From assembly GCF_036365525.1 (NCBI RefSeq), contig NC_090404.1, forward strand, positions 44,463,544-44,527,543: a DNA stretch of 64,000 nucleotides. Reading direction: 5' to 3'. Under the pieces are notes generated by a model. That model searched no databases and was not told the origin of the DNA. It saw nothing but the letters and a program-made list of their open reading frames with translations. This document shows, in pieces, positions 25,115 to 37,409 of this stretch. This stretch comes from Heterodontus francisci (taxonomy: Eukaryota). The position numbers were made by a program, and so were the translations under genes. Within the stretch, counting starts at the first letter, position 1. Every line of letters starts with the position of its first letter.

Positions 25115-25325
25115 CAGAAACTAGCACAGCTGGAGAGGGCTACATAGGATCTAGCATAGCTGGACAAGTATGCAGACGAAGTGCCATAGCTGGACAGGGA
25201 TACTCACTGAACAGCACAGCAAGTCAAGAATATTCAGAGAGTGGCACAGCAGTGTATAGATTACCAGTAAAAAGCATGGCCAGCCAGGGATAAGCAGGCA
25301 TTAGCACAGCATGACATGGATACCC
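25115..25325 (+). repeat. Degenerate ~30-bp tandem repeat, ~7 units
   Basis: Recurring 'agcacagctggacagggatac'-like units. Confidence 0.6.
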
Positions 25326-25394
25326 AAAGACAAACAATTTACATCAAGAAAATGGGCCCACTGACAGGATCTGCCAAAAAGCCACGAAGGTTCT

Positions 25395-26010
25395 GCGTGC
25401 CACACAAGTCAGCAATGTGGTATATGAATTTCAGTGCCAGTGCAATGCCAGGTATGTAGATAATACCACCCAACAATTGGTCGATCATATCAAACAGCAC
25501 ATCCCTTTGGCTGTTCGCAATAGGCAGAGTATTAGATGTAATCAACCAGCCTGTACTTGCAAAACCCAGACCAGAATGTCCAACATTTGTGTGATTTCAT
25601 GATTGGAGAGCACTTGCTGAAAAATCGTGAGCACGCTAAAATAACAGTTTAAGATTATCAGTTAGGCATGCAATGTTGCTCAATAACACTTGTAGAAGCT
25701 GCATATATTCATACACTCGTACCTGTCCGCTGCAGGCAAAAACAACATATACAGCCATTATGTTTTTTTCTTGATGTAAACAAAGGCATGAGGGACAATG
25801 GTTTCCAGATGCATTCTCCATGGAAACGCCTCGACCAATCAGAGTAGCCTCGCCAAACAATCAGGACCCATTTCGCATGTAATATCAATTGTTGTTCCCT
25901 TGAAATTTGGCACTCGTCAGTCCTGATAAGTGCAAGACAAAACGCTTCGACAGCATGTCTCTTCCTTCAACAATGTTCATGTTATGTACTACCAAGCAAC
26001 TGTATAAAAA
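25395..26010 (+). mobile_element. Penelope-like element (second family), 3' fragment
   Basis: GIY-YIG-like 'VVYEFQCQCNARYV..T.Q.L..HIKQH'; 3' end 'gtcctgataagtgcaagacaaaacgcttcgacagc'. Confidence 0.75.
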
Positions 26011-26445
26011 AATAAATTATTGCCGCAGTCACAGAATGAGAATGGGAATGGAGTTTCCCAGATGTGCAGGGTGGCCGGTATCTATCCAAATGGATCCCAA
26101 CGAAAGTGATCTGATTCAGAAAATTCAGGGAAGGAAATACCAGGCTCCTTTGGGAGTTTAAAGACTTTTTGATAAGTAGTTTGCCCGTATAAGTTGTGTG
26201 GTTTGAATGGTGAAATGTTTGTTAAAGTGAGTCAGTACAAAGGATTCAACATTTCACCTTCTTCCTTAACACTGTCTCCAACCCGAGGCCATAAGATCGG
26301 TGTTTACCCAATGTAACAATCATCAGCTATCAGGTACCTGGTCATTTGGCAAGCATTTCCTTCAGTGTGCAACAGAATGTCGGAGAATTATTAATAGTGA
26401 TGACGGATTGATAGTCTGACGGATTAACTGTTTTGTAAGAGCTGC

Positions 26446-26517
26446 TTCTGTGACTGGCAATCAAATCTAGTCAGCGGTTGTGAGTGCACTCGATCCGAGG
26501 CACTATACCACCAGGGA
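26446..26517 (-). pseudogene. tRNA-Glu(CTC) pseudogene
   Basis: Minus strand TCCCTGGTGGTATAGTG...CACTCACA...GTCACAGAA aligns ungapped over 72 nt to the vertebrate tRNA-Glu-CTC as recalled; stems and B box decayed. Confidence 0.75.
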
Positions 26518-26769
26518 AAGCCGCAGGCACGCAATGAGATCATTGTAAATATAATTAGATTTGTTAGTGTTACGTGCAACTATATTTTTGATCAGTTGTG
26601 TTGGACATGTTTTTGTCGGATGCACTGTCCCTTACAAATCTATTAAAATGTATCTTATTTTTCAGATGAATCTGTCTTCTGTTGACAAGCAATTCCTCTC
26701 TATTTGTTTCTCTCTTACTATTCAAATACATGTAAATATATATTCACAACACAGATGCACACTGACACA

Positions 26770-27886
26770 AAGAACAAAGAACAAAGAACAGTACAGCACA
26801 GGAACTGGCCATTCGGCCCTCCAAGCCTGCGCCGATCTTGAGGCCTGCCGAAACTAACACCTTCTGCACTTCCGGTGACTGTATCCCTCTATTTCCATCC
26901 TATTCATGTATTTGTCAAGATGCCTCTTAAACGTCGCTATCGTACCTGCTTCCACCACCTCCCCTGGCAGCAAATTCCAGGCACTCACCACCCTCTGTGT
27001 AAAGAACTTGCCTCGCACATCCACTCTAAACGTTGCCCCTCTCGCCTTACACCTATGTACCCTAGTAACTGACAGTTACACCCTGGGAAAAAGCTTCTGA
27101 CAATCCACTCTGTCCATGCCACTGATAACTTTGTAAACCTCTATCATGACGCCCCTCCACCTCCATCGTTCCAGTGAAAACAATCCGAGTTTATGCAACC
27201 TCTCCTCATAGCTAATGCCCTCCAGACCAGGCAACATCCTGGTAAACCTCTTCTGTACCCTCTCCAAAGCCTCCACGTTCTTCTGGTAGTGTGGCAACCA
27301 GAATTGAATGCAATATTCAAAGTTTGGCCAAATTAAAGTTCTGTACAGCTGCAGCATGACTTGCCAATTTTTATACTCTATGCCCCGACCGATGAAGGCA
27401 AGCATGCTGTATGCCTTCTTGACTACCTTATCCACCTGCGTTGCCACTTTCAGTGACCTGTGGACCTGTACGCCCAGACCTCTCTGCATGTCAATACTCG
27501 GAAGGTTTCTGCCATTCACTGTATACTTCCCACCTGCATTAGACCTTCCAAAATGCATCACCTCACATTTGTCCGGATTAAACTCCATCTGCCATTTCTC
27601 CACCCAGGTCTCGAACTGATCTGTATCCTGCTGTATCCTCTGACAATCCTCATCAATATCCGCAACTGCAACAACCTTTGTGTCGTCCGCAAACTTACTA
27701 ATCAGACCAGCTACATTTTCCTCCAAATCATTTCTATATACTGCAAACAGCAAAGGTCCCAGCACTGATCCCTGTGGAACACCACTAGTCACATCCCGCC
27801 ATTCAGAAAAGCACCCTTCCACTGCTACCCTCTGTCTTCCATGACAGAGCCAGTTCTGTATCCATCTTGCCAGCTCACCTCTGATC
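26770..27886 (-). mobile_element. Young 5'-truncated CR1/HER1 LINE
   Basis: Open 270-aa RT ORF (SGVPQGSVLGP, KFADD); (TGTTCTT)n tail. Confidence 0.92.
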
Positions 27887-29464
27887 ATAGCATATGTTAT
27901 TGATAAATAACACAGATATGCACATAGCAGTTGTCTACTTTCATTGTGTTGAATCTGAGTGATGACTTTGGGACTCGGTGTGTGTGATTGGATTTGTTGC
28001 AGTCCGCTGAGAACAGGTGATGGAAATGGGCAGACATTTTCGCTGACAGCTGAACGTGGTCCGGTAAATTTGCCTCAGCTTTCTGCAATGTATATTTCTA
28101 TTGTTTGTAGGTGACTGGAAATTCATCGAGTCTGTGCAGGCTGTTTCAAAGAGCAATCCAGTTAGCTCCACTACTCTGATCTTTCCCAACATCCCTGCAA
28201 TCTTCGACTTCAAGCATTCACAAATACAGGTAACAACTTCGAAAATCTAATCAATGAAAATTTGCAAGACTTTATTTTAAAACTAACTGCTATGAAGCTG
28301 AAAATGAGTACTGTGGGAATGGTTTCATTCATGATTGTTTTCCTTTGTTTGTCCGTCAGGTTTGCATTTCAATTTGTGTTGGAAGTTGAAGAGAAGTTTA
28401 TGTCAAGTTGAGGGCACAATATACTACGTTTAAAGCTACAGATCGTTAAAATGGCAGATGGTGATTTTTTTCAGCACCTCTGATACTAAACCCTCTCAAT
28501 GCCAGTCAACGGGTAGATTGATGAAAGAAAATGATCATTGGGAGAACAGAAATGTTACTGCGGCATTTAAAGTTATTGACCATATTTATAAATAAGCACG
28601 GTAAGCATTTTGATCAATTGAAAAGTTCGACTCTCAAATTACCCTATTCAATCCTTTCCCAATCCGAAAAACCCTGAATCAATTCGCCACTGAAGCTTCT
28701 ATATTCCAAGTGGTAGACACCTATTTTGCATAATTTTGGCTCATAATCTAAACATTAGAATCATACAAACATTCTGGTGGATCTTCTCTGCCCTGTTGCC
28801 AAGGCCAATATGTAACCTTGATACAATACCATGCCCAGAACTGTACTCAGTGCTCCAGGAGTGGGTAACCAAAGACTTTTTAATAGCTGTAGCAATCTTC
28901 ACCTCCTTTATGTAACTGAATCTAGAACAGATTTATTAGTGACAGCAACCAAAATATACATACGGACTCAGCAAAATTATGAGTTATTTCATCTGAATAA
29001 ACTTTTCAAACATTGTGGTTTGAAAATTAATTTCTTTTTTTTTAAAACAAACATTTTTTCTAAGCTGTATGAGAATCCTGACTTCAAATCTCGGCGTCAT
29101 TTGGTCAGGGAAAAGTTGTCAATGTTCATATACTCTGCATCAACACTGCAGAAGCTCCTGCACCTCCTTCAATATTGTTCTCCTTAAATCGCAGTTCTCA
29201 AAAGGAAATTGTATAATTGCTTCAAAGAGAAAGAACACAGGGCTATGTGGAGAGAGCGGGGATGTGGGACTAATTCAGCAGCTCTTTTGAAGAGCGGGAT
29301 AGGCACGATGGGCCAAGAGTCTCCTTATGTGCTGTATCATTTTATGATTCTATTATGGATCCGTCGCACCAACATTCTATTTCTGTAAAACAAGATCGTG
29401 AAATACAGCATGACTAAACAGGTTAATGTTCTGCGAGTGTTTCTAAGGTTCACCCAGCCATAGT

Positions 29465-29536
29465 GTTTTCATGGTGCAGTGGTCACCATGTTCACCTGCC
29501 ACACGAAAGGGCCCAGCTTTGAAACCGGAGGAAGCA
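29465..29536 (+). pseudogene. tRNA-Val pseudogene
   Basis: GTTTTCATGGTGCAGTGGTCACCATGTTCACCT...GAAACCGGAGGAAGCA resembles vertebrate tRNA-Val; followed by TTTT; anticodon loop decayed. Confidence 0.75.
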
Positions 29537-30439
29537 TTTTCAAAATGTATTCAAATAAATTGGGAAATATAAAATAATTCACATTTGTTGTTTGATAATA
29601 ATACAAAAAATGATATATCCCACTGGTCTATGTGCGGATTTCTCCAATTTGAAGAGACATCCTGTGTCAAGGTGCTCCCTGGAGCACCCTTTAGCGAGAT
29701 CGTCAGCATTGAAAACTGCATTCGCTTTGCTACTGATGGGAAGTGCATTGTCAATATTGTTATTTCAAGTAGTTGCAAAATTGTTGATTCGGCCACCAGA
29801 CACGGCCATATGCAGCCTCCTTATCCAACCTGAAAGAGCTCTGTGGTGGGGTAACGGCATTGAGTAATTGATCCCTTCGACAAGGTTTTGTTTGGGAGAA
29901 AAAAATACTTTTATGTAGCGCCTGTCCCGTCCTCAGGACATTCCAAATAAACAGATAACTTTTTGAAGTTTTGAAGCCACGGCTACCCTTTTACAGGACA
30001 ATGGTGATTGTACTAATAGTCTGCATCCACTTCACCATGACCAAGTTATCACTGAACAGTAGGTTCTGGACGAGGAGACGGTCACTGGCGACTCGGCTGT
30101 TCTCTGTTTCATTATCTTCAGTTATTGTATGTTTGGTTTTGCTCTTCTGAAGATTAATTCACGGGGGCGGGCGTGGCGGGTTCGGGTGCGTTTGGTGGGG
30201 GGGGGGGAGTGCCGGTGCTGGTTTGGCAGAAGGCAATCCAGACTTGTGTCTCCCACCTGTGTATTTTCTGTATATATTTTATGCCCTTTTTTCATTGTTG
30301 AGTCCCACAGATTTAAATAATGTCCTGCAATACTCACATTTTGATCGTTGTTGTCACTATATTAGCTCCCTATCTCTCCATTTCCCAACATTCATGGTGT
30401 TGGAAGAAAACAGATCAGAACACAGTTCAGAGTTGAGTT

Positions 30440-31050
30440 AAAGAGGGTAGAAAGTACTCGAGTGGAAACAAAAACAAGAGTTGCTGTCGTTACCTAATCC
30501 ACTCTGTCCTTGTGGGTCCAAGAGTTGTTGCTCAATTGTAGGAAACATGTGTAAGAAATATGCACACGTACTCACATACAGATACACATACAGACACACA
30601 CAACCATAGACACACCCAGACACCAGTACACAGAGATTTACACACGCAGTCCCGACATTCTGATGTGGATTAGAATAACTCTCAAATGCACTCAGGATGA
30701 ACAATTCATAGCAGCATTTTGCAAATCTTCTAATAGTATCAGAAGTTGCTGTTGCTGCTGCCAATCCATGCTGGCCTTTTCTAGGCGCTTATATCCTCGA
30801 CAAAGAGCATATCCAGTCTCCGGATACATTTACTGTAGGCAGCCTTCTGCAATATTTTCCTACATTTTACCTGCAAAGATTCAAACATTCTGATTATACC
30901 TGACTTCAAATTTACCATAAGTTCCGTCACAGGGACAACATTACAAGCTAATGAACGCATCGAATTCTCCATTCCAGTCCTCCATGTCTCCAAAATGTTC
31001 CTTGCAAAACTTTAATAATCAGTTGCACTTTGTGTTTGGTGGACTGTTGC
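30440..31050 (-). pseudogene. Decayed IL-1 receptor-family TIR-domain relic
   Basis: Manual translation: FCKEHFGDMEDWNGE-FDAFIS (box 1, 30964-30947), ETGYALC (box 2, ~30814-30800), LLILL, CCYEL, LRVILI, NSCFCF/LEYFLP (box 3, 30482-30445); stops and frameshifts. Confidence 0.55.
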
Positions 31051-31507
31051 AGACTTCACATGGGTTTGGATTTGTAGAACTATAAAGATATTTATAATGT
31101 GCATGCTGGTGTTGGCACTCTGATTAATTTTAGATCATTTTAGATATAAAAATGGACGGCTTATTATGGTCTGGAGCCTTAATGAGAAGACACTTTAATA
31201 TATGTGTCAGCATCAAGCGTACTGAGAGTATGCAGTCAATGGGCTAACTGCATATTGATTTTACTGTTCCCAGCCTTACTGAGGTCCTGAATAGCATGAC
31301 ACCCCCCACTGAGGACGAATTTAACACCATGCGGGAAATTTACCTATAAAATCCGGGAAATCCCAAATTAGCTTTGAATTCGTTTCCTCCAGTGGAAGGG
31401 ACAGTCAACGCGCTACATTTGGTTTGAGCGTTCCTGGGTTAAGAAGGGTGAAAATCTACCAGCATTTCAATGACTAGCCAGCGCTGGTAAAGATTATGTC
31501 TACATAT

Positions 31508-32606
31508 TGTTATGATCAAGGCGGGAGTAATGCACTGTTAATTCAGTCCCACTACTGCACGGGTCACAGCATATGATTAAATTTTCTCATCTCTCAGAAA
31601 ATAGCGAAAGTAAATACTTTATTTATCCGCAGAATAATGCACACCAAACCAGGTTTCGTTAAACAACAACAAAATTAACATTTATTAGTCAACTAAATCT
31701 CAAACAATAATGAGATAAATCTATATATGAAAAGATTTCCCTACTCTTTATTCTTCCTAACCCTCATGCACAGGCATATACATTCAAAAATCGGTTACCT
31801 GGGGGAAAAAGGATGCTTTCATGTACAACGGTTTGTTCGAAACAAATAAATAATTGGTTGTCACAGTCTGATACATATTTCCAGATCGGTGAGGTGTCCC
31901 AGGGTCGAACAGTTGAATGGCACACCAACTCTCTCCAGACGAGACTGATGAACAGTCTGTAATGAGTAGGCGTTCAAGGCAATTCGTCTGCAACAGGCGT
32001 CACACAGATCTTTCAGCAAAGTGTGTAGCAACAGGTGTGCTTGGATTTGGAAGTAGCATTTTTCAGGATCTTCCAAAGCGCAAAAGGCATCAGGAATCAG
32101 TCTTGAAGCAGGGATTATTCATAGACTGGAGACAATAGTAATCTGCAACTTTAAAAATACAGGGCTTCCCCTCTGTAAAGCAGTTTTCCTCCACAGAGTG
32201 TTGCAACTCTACTTTCCTGGGTCATTTCTCTCCCCAGGCAGACACTGGAACAAGGGTTAGCTCCCATGCATTTGATTTGCAACTCCTTCAATTTCTTTTA
32301 ACTTCATGAGAAAATTGGAATTATACTTGATGCAGGAATTATTTTCAAAATAAAGAATTTTTTTTGGCTGTCTATCTGGCACGTCTAACAGCAACTGACT
32401 TTTCAACCCAAATGTGAAACTAACTTATGACAGTCAAGTCATATGACAGTAATAAATCTTCCCAGTTGCTTGGAAACAGGTGCCTTTCAGTCTGCACACT
32501 TCTACCACCAAGTTTCAGCATTCAATGTTCACAGACCATTTTATTTCTCATTGTCTAAAAGCACACAGAACTTTTTTCAAAACGTTTAATCAAAACTCCT
32601 GTGACA
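31508..32606 (-). mobile_element. Gypsy solo LTR, 1099 bp, TSD ATAT
   Basis: TGTTA...TGACA termini flanked by ATAT at 31504-31507 and 32607-32610. Confidence 0.88.
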
Positions 32607-33469
32607 ATATCAGTGACAGCTTCGATTAGCGCACCACAACGAACTGGCCAGTGCTTCTCTCTGAATCTGGAAGTCCCTGATCATATGACAGAATTACTGT
32701 TCTAAAGCAGCGCCGTTAACAGGTAGAGTTATTCGCCAATATGATTTGTTTTGTGATGAAACAATATATTGTTATTAGAAAATATTTTCCTTGTATAAAT
32801 GAATTCAATCGACAATGACATTCTTGCAAAGCTCTGTGTTGTTGGGTTATAAAACAGTGACGAGCAGAATATTCAGCTGGAAATAAGAAGTCGGATATTG
32901 ATCACGTCAGTGCGTCTCTGTCACATTCAAAACTAATCACTGTAAAATATTAATCCCATCATCCAAAAGCTAGCCGGAACATATGGATCCATTTTAATAA
33001 AATATAACGCAGTTAACAGCTTCCAACTGTCTTGTACCCAGCTCCTCATATCAGAGCTGGACCCGGTTTTTCCTGAGCCAGAAGGCTGATATCAACAAAT
33101 TAATTCAGGAATCACAGCGATTAATTTCAACAGCTACCAGTTCATCTTCAAAGATCTCACTCTGTTAGAGAGACGGCGGGTGGAGGATTGTACCCTTGTC
33201 CATTCATAGTAATTAGGACAGGAAGAGTTTTCACACTCAGAAAAGGGTCATAAATACAGAAATATAGATAGAATTGATAATAGGGAAACTGTAAAAATAT
33301 TCGTGAATAAAAAGGCAGGAAGGTAATCACGCAGTCCAAGATACCTTGATCTCAAAGCTGATATTTAGAATTTTCACGTGAAAAGGGGAGATAACCATTT
33401 AATAGAACTCGTGCGAGTGGTGTTGCAGCTGATCTCACTGTCACGGAAAGGGGACGAGGTGTTGGGGGA

Positions 33470-34650
33470 GGAGAACGTTTCTGATATGTCTTCCTTTTCC
33501 CTCATCCAAGGATTCCCCCGCTCTGTGGGTGACAGGTCTCTCGACTGTGTCCGTCCCATTTCACACATCTCTGCCCTTACCCCTTCCCTTCCCTCCCATT
33601 ACAGCGACAGTGTTCCCCTCGTCCTCACTTTCCATCCCACCAGCCGATATATCTGAAAGGTCATCCTCCACTAATACCACCACCTCCAGCGTGATGCCGC
33701 CACCCGAAACATTTTCTGTTCCATCCCCTGCCAGTTTTACATCGGGACCATTCCCTCGGTGACACACTGGTCCACTCCTCCATCACCCCCACCATCTGAG
33801 GCCCCAAACACTCCTTCCAGGTGAAGCAGCAATTTACGCTTCTTTTAATTTCGTATATTGTATTCACTGCTCACAATTTGATCTCCCTGCATTGGGAAGA
33901 TTAAACTCAGATTTGGTGACTACTTTGCTGCACACGTCTTCAATCATTACCCAGAGCTTCCGTTTGCTTGCCATTTAATTCACCACACTGCTTACACATC
34001 TGTCCTCGGCCTGCTCCAATATTCCACTGAAGATAAGTGCCATCTCAAGGAACAGCACCGCATCTTCAATTTGGGCCCTCTACAGCCTTCTGGACTCAAT
34101 ACTGAGTTCAATAANNNNNNNNNNNNNNNNNNNNNNNNNNNNNNNNNNNNNNNNNNNNNNNNNNNNNNNNNNNNNNNNNNNNNNNNNNNNNNNNNNNNNN
34201 NNNNNNNNNNNNNNNNNNNNNNNNNNNNNNNNNNNNNNNNNNNNNNNNNNNNNNNNNNNNNNNNNNNNNNNNNNNNNNNNNNATTTATTTTTTTAACGAT
34301 GTGCTTGTCATAAACTCGTTTTCATGGTTTTGCTTGCAGACAGAGCTGTTCATTGTTATTCCATTCGCACTGTCTCAAGACTCATGCTTTGTCTTTTATG
34401 AAAACTAATTAGCTCTCCATTTGCATTCGGTCCCATGACATTTAATCTCGTCCCTCTCCATCCTATCACAGAACTTCCCTCTTGTTCTTCTTCACCCACC
34501 CCCAATCCATTCATTGGCTCAAAGACTGTTACATTTCTAACTCTTGCAATTTCTGATGAAAGGTCACAGACCTGAAAAGGTAACTGTGTTTCTATCTGCA
34601 CAGATACTGCCAGAGCTGCTGGGAATTTCCAGCACTTTCTGTTCTCATTT
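33470..34650 (+). mobile_element. Penelope-like element spanning the assembly gap
   Basis: Same family as 11721-13317 (MSSFS..GFP, VPLVLTFHPTS; 3' 'ctgatgaaaggtcacagacctgaaa'). Confidence 0.8.
34115..34282. other. Assembly gap (168 N)
   Basis: Run of N. Confidence 0.99.
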
Positions 34651-35889
34651 AATAAACCTTTGATTCGGCTTTATTATGAAGGATGGAAAAAAGCAAGACA
34701 TGTAGGTGGAGTTAATATACAGATCATCCATGATCTAATTGAATGTGGAATAGACTTGAGGGGTTAAATGGCTTCTTTCCATTCCTATGTTCCTTCATAA
34801 TGGTACCTTCATGGGAAGGAGATTAAGCAGATTCCTCAGTGCACGACTAAGCTGATTGGAGGAGTAAACAGTTTGGCTGTTCTATCTGTGGGAAGAGATT
34901 TCAAACATCAGTGTGATTGGAAAAGCACCAAGGTAAACACACACACCAGAGGAAGCGTGTTCCAGTGCACTGACTATGAAAGACCAATAACCAGCTGCAC
35001 AGCCTGAGAAAAAAAATCATATCATTCACAGCAGGGAGAAACCAGATGCGTGTTCTGTCCATGGACGACAATTCGACTGATTGTCCAACGTGGAGAGATG
35101 CAATGACATCCACACCATGGTAAAAGCATGAAAATATGTGGATTATGGGAAGGGATTCAATTAACCGCCTGAGCTGGATATTCCTCGACGCAGTCACACT
35201 GGGAAGAGGCCATCCACCTGCTCTGTGTGTGGGAAGGGATTCGCTAAGTTATCCCATCTGCTCACACTCCAAGTATATTCACAAGGGAGCGAAGGCATTT
35301 AATTATTCCGTGGTTGGGGAGGGAGTCAGTCGTTTATACCAATTTCTGAGTTCACTGTCACTGCAGGGTTGGATTTTGCTGTTAATAGCAATGTTAATTG
35401 CATCTGAGGCTGTTTACCATTCGGCATAAATTTCAAATAAAGCAAAGATAATTGGTCAGGTTCAAACTTTGGAAGGCTGAAAACATGATTGATAAAAGTT
35501 TAATACACTTCCTTGGCTTTGTACTTCATGCCTTTCGTTATAAAGCCCAGGCACAGGTCTCATCAACTTTTCCTGCCTCCTTCAAATATTTGTGTTCAAT
35601 CATCCTCAGATCTCTCTGTTCCTGCGTTCCTTTTTAAACTGTACCATTAAGCCGGTATTGTCATTGATAATTCTTCTTACCAAAATGCATCATTTTACGC
35701 TTCTGTGCATTAAATTATATCTGCCATGTGTGTGCCTATTTCACCAGCCTGTCTTTCTCCTACTGAAATCTGCTACATTCTTCTTCACCGTTTAATGCAT
35801 TGATTGTTTTCTGTGTATGTAAACATTTTGTTTCTCAGATTAGAGGACGGTAGACAATCCCCGAGGGTCAATGTTGCGATTACTGCATT

Positions 35890-36665
35890 TTTTGCTTCCA
35901 TATAAATGACTTGGATCTTGGAATACAGAGTAGAATTGCAAAATTTGCTGATGACGCCAAACTTGGATGTGTGCCCAACAGTGAAGATGATATGAACCAC
36001 CAACAACAGGACATGGATAGGCTAGCAGAATGGGGAGAGAGGTGGCAGATGAAATTTAATACTGACAAGTGCGAGGTGATGTATTTTGGCAGAAGGAATA
36101 GGACGAGAAAATATATACTTAAGGGCACAGTTCTAAAGAGTGTTCGGGAACAGAAGGACCCAGGGATGCACGTGCATCGATGTTTGAAGGTGGAGTATTG
36201 TTACGACCAATGGGGTATTTTAGTTACAAGGTTGGGTTGGAAAAGCTGGGTTTGTTCTCCTTAAAACAAAGGAAATTGAGGGGAGATATAGCAGAGGTGT
36301 ACAATATTATGACAGGCTTAAATAAGTTAGAGAAGGAAAAACTGTTCCCATTAACTAATTGTATGAGGACTCGGGAACACAGATTGAAGGTTTTGGGCAT
36401 GAGATGCAGGGGGAATATGAGGAAGAACTTTTTTTTTACACAGTGCGTTGTCATGATCTGGAATTCGTTGCCCACAAGGGTGGTGGAAGTGGAGACAATC
36501 AATGACTTCAAGAGGAAGTTAGATGGCCACTTGAGGGAAATAAACTTGCAAGTCTACCGGGGATCAAACAGGGATGTGGGACTGACTGGATAGTCTGTGA
36601 AGAGAAAGCATGGATTCGATGGGCAGAATGGCCTACCTCTGTGCCATAAATGACTCTGTGACTTT
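35890..36665 (+). mobile_element. CR1 3' fragment
   Basis: KFADDAKL, WQMKFNTDKC, WNSLP motifs; 3' tail. Confidence 0.85.
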
Positions 36666-36669
36666 AAGC

Positions 36670-37400
36670 ACTTAACCTATAAATATACATCAAAAAAGGC
36701 AGTATTCCTCATACCAACCCCTGGTGACAGCACTGTATACCTCCCTCAGTCAGAAAATAGCCATTCACCACTACACTCTGCTGTCTTTCTTTAGCCAATT
36801 TTGTATCCATGTTGCCACTGCCTATTTAACCCCATTGATTTCAATATTGCCAAGACGTCTATTACACATCACTTTATCAAACACTGTTTGAAAGTCCATA
36901 CATATATCAATCTTCATGAACCCTCTCCATTTTCTTCATTTAAGTAATTAATCAAGTTTCTGTGATACGAATTGCTTTTTTCAAATCCCTGGTCAAAGTT
37001 ATATTAAATCATGTTTTTCCAAGGAGAGTTAACTTTTTTCCCGGATGTTGTCCACTTCAGAGTATTTTCTTCTACTGAGGTTAGTTTGACTACCCTATAT
37101 TGCCGGGTGCATGCCTCTACACATTCTTTGAACACTGAAGGAACATTTTCAGCCCTCCAGTGTTGTGGCACCCCGGCTGTATCCATGGAAGATTGACATA
37201 TTGTGACCAGATCTCGACAATTTCCACCCTTCGTCCCTCCAGCAACCGAGGATCCATCCTATCAGGACCCGGTGACGTTTCTACATTGAGAGCTGCCAAA
37301 CTATTTATCTACTTTTATCTTGTCCGATTGCACTGGCTGTTATTCTTTATCGTACCACCGGCAGGTTTCTCCTCCTTAGTGAAGACAAATTCAAACTAAT
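36670..37400 (-). mobile_element. Old CR1 fragment
   Basis: SPGPDRMDPRLL and WRAENVP motifs. Confidence 0.7.
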
Positions 37401-37409
37401 CACATACTG

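Noticed and set aside
29575-29835. Possible minus-strand exon with splice-like ends
   Set aside because: Stops occur in the frames tested and no domain was recognised.
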